This document shows positions 62,491-64,000 of a stretch of DNA of 64,000 nucleotides, piece after piece. The notes under the pieces were generated by a model. That model worked only from the letters and a program-made list of their open reading frames with translations, made no database searches and was not told the DNA's origin. Every line of letters starts with the position of its first letter. The stretch's first letter is position 1. Position numbers and translations under genes: made by a program. Origin of the DNA: Phoronis australis (Eukaryota; Animalia; Phoronida); the NCBI GenBank assembly GCA_002633005.1, contig NMRA01000903.1, forward strand, positions 1 through 64,000, read 5' to 3'.

Positions 62491-63713
62491 AAAATGATAT
62501 TGTAGATGAACAAATTAGAAACAAATCAGAAAGAAATCTTGATAACCAAAGTATTTGTTCAAGTTGGAAGGAAAGAAAGACATCGACAGCCTCCTAAGGT
62601 GACCATGTCTATGTTATAAAGGTACTTAAGGCAGCATGACTTTGATGGTTTAGTTTGTGCGAGGTACGAGTTGCCAAAAAGCTTCTTGCTGCCCATGGAA
62701 GACCCCCTGTGCCACCAGTTATGGCCCAGTTCAAGCAGCAATTCTGTTTTAGTGCCAAGCCGTGCATTTTGCCAGATTGAGTACTTGCAAAGTAGGTACA
62801 AAGTCATGTCTCACGGATTTGTAGCCTTGTTATCTTGTTGTACCTTATTTTCAGACCTATGTGTATTGACATTTTAAAAGTGGTATTATAGTCTGAGAGA
62901 TCAAGAGGTCTACTTTCTTCAAAGATATTATGCGAGATCTGGAAGAAAATCCACAGCTAAAACCCCATTAATCAAAATTTCGCTGCCCTACAAAGGTTAA
63001 CAAAGTAAAAGCACAAACGTTCGTTGATCAATTTTCAAAATTCAAAAATACATTAACTGAGGATAATTTTTGGTTACAAATTCAAATTCGCAACAAGAAA
63101 TTAAGTAGTGAATTGCACTCACATTTTTGTGGTGGTTATTCATGTAGTTTGGTTGTTATTATGGCGGCGAATTGTTCCACCTGTATTCTTTGACATCTGT
63201 ACCTGTAGTTAATAACTAGGTTATTGTAATTTCATTTTTGTACTGTAGGTATGAAGTGGCACAAAGTGAAAGATTTGCAACAATGTCTAGACAAGTGTCC
63301 ACAGAGTCAGAACCTGAAGCCGTATCAGCAACGCCTGCAACTCCCCAGTTTATTTCAAAGGTATTCTAGAAATTATTTTTTCAGCGAAAGCGTGTTGTCT
63401 ACATCTTCACCTACTAGTGTTTGTTTCTACGACAATACATGACATGGAAAATTGCGTTTGTTGTTTTTTGTGAGTGTTACTAATTTAAATCAAATCATTC
63501 TACCTTGCCATTTTTAAAAATATTACTGAGCTTGTACTCATTAAGCCTTAACTGGCTTGGACTATGGACTGCATGGTTGTATTTTCATCAAGATTTTGCT
63601 TTCCTAACTTTGTTCTATGTTGAACTTGATTTTACTGTACCTTATTAACACTTGAATTATGGTCCAAATATTGTAATTTGTTTTATTGAACTGACTCTGA
63701 ACTTACTAATATT

Positions 63714-63850
63714 TTGATGCAATAGTAGACTGAACACTGTTTCGAGTTCATCACTTTATTAATCTTGACTGTATGCTCATATGATGCAGTGGTAGACTGA
63801 ACACTGTTTCGAGTTCATCACTTTATTAATCTTCACTGTATGCTCATATT
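63714..63850. repeat. Two-copy tandem repeat of ~69 bp
   Basis: TGATGCA.T.GTAGACTGAACACTGTTTCGAGTTCATCACTTTATTAATCTT.ACTGTATGCTCATAT x2; single copy in the inverted homologue at 38.2 kb. Confidence 0.85.
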
Positions 63851-64000
63851 AAGTCCATTCAAACAAAACGTTCAACGTAATGTCTGTTCTATGCTCAGTC
63901 AGTGCTAAAAAGCCTTGACTTTCAGTACCTTCTACAATTGCTGGCGCAATAACATGCTACTTTTGACAGTTATTTGTTCTCTAGCCTCAGCTGAAGTGTT

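Larger units (their letters stand above)
61541..64000 (+). mobile_element. Spliced Kolobok-like transposase relic, copy B (runs off the window end)
   Basis: First exon-like ORF with basic RKKRRQ...RRIYLGTEHCRWESLRSEL and a GTAAGT donor at ~61736. Segments 62995-63550 and 63704-64000 are inverted homologues of 42735-42165 and 38216-37991. Confidence 0.5.

Overview
AT-rich, repeat-dense eukaryotic DNA that looks like a marine invertebrate draft assembly, with single-N joins at 958, 1898, 3372, 14255, 23984, 27846, 33207, 38877 and 42736. There are no operons, rRNA or CRISPR arrays. Two spliced minus-strand genes can be rebuilt by hand. (1) A coiled-coil gene of about 1,150 aa (14021->7742) with a 2.67 kb exon and an internally repeated module. 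(2) A multi-ShKT (ShK toxin-like six-cysteine) gene: nine small phase-compatible exons over ~16 kb (32650->16890) encoding eight ShKT domains. The ORF track mostly misses it and its 5' end was not found. The rest is mainly transposon material: a fold-back Kolobok-like THAP element sitting in a splice acceptor of the ShKT gene, two inverted copies of a spliced Kolobok-like relic, a near-full-length decayed L1/Tx1-type LINE, a solo ORF1, LINE/RTE/mariner/Gypsy fragments, a Helentron-type non-autonomous element, several MITEs and a spliced OB-fold relic. Four apparent tandem duplications have an N exactly at the junction and are probably uncollapsed haplotypes. All gene models and family calls come from manual reading and motif recognition, not from database searches.
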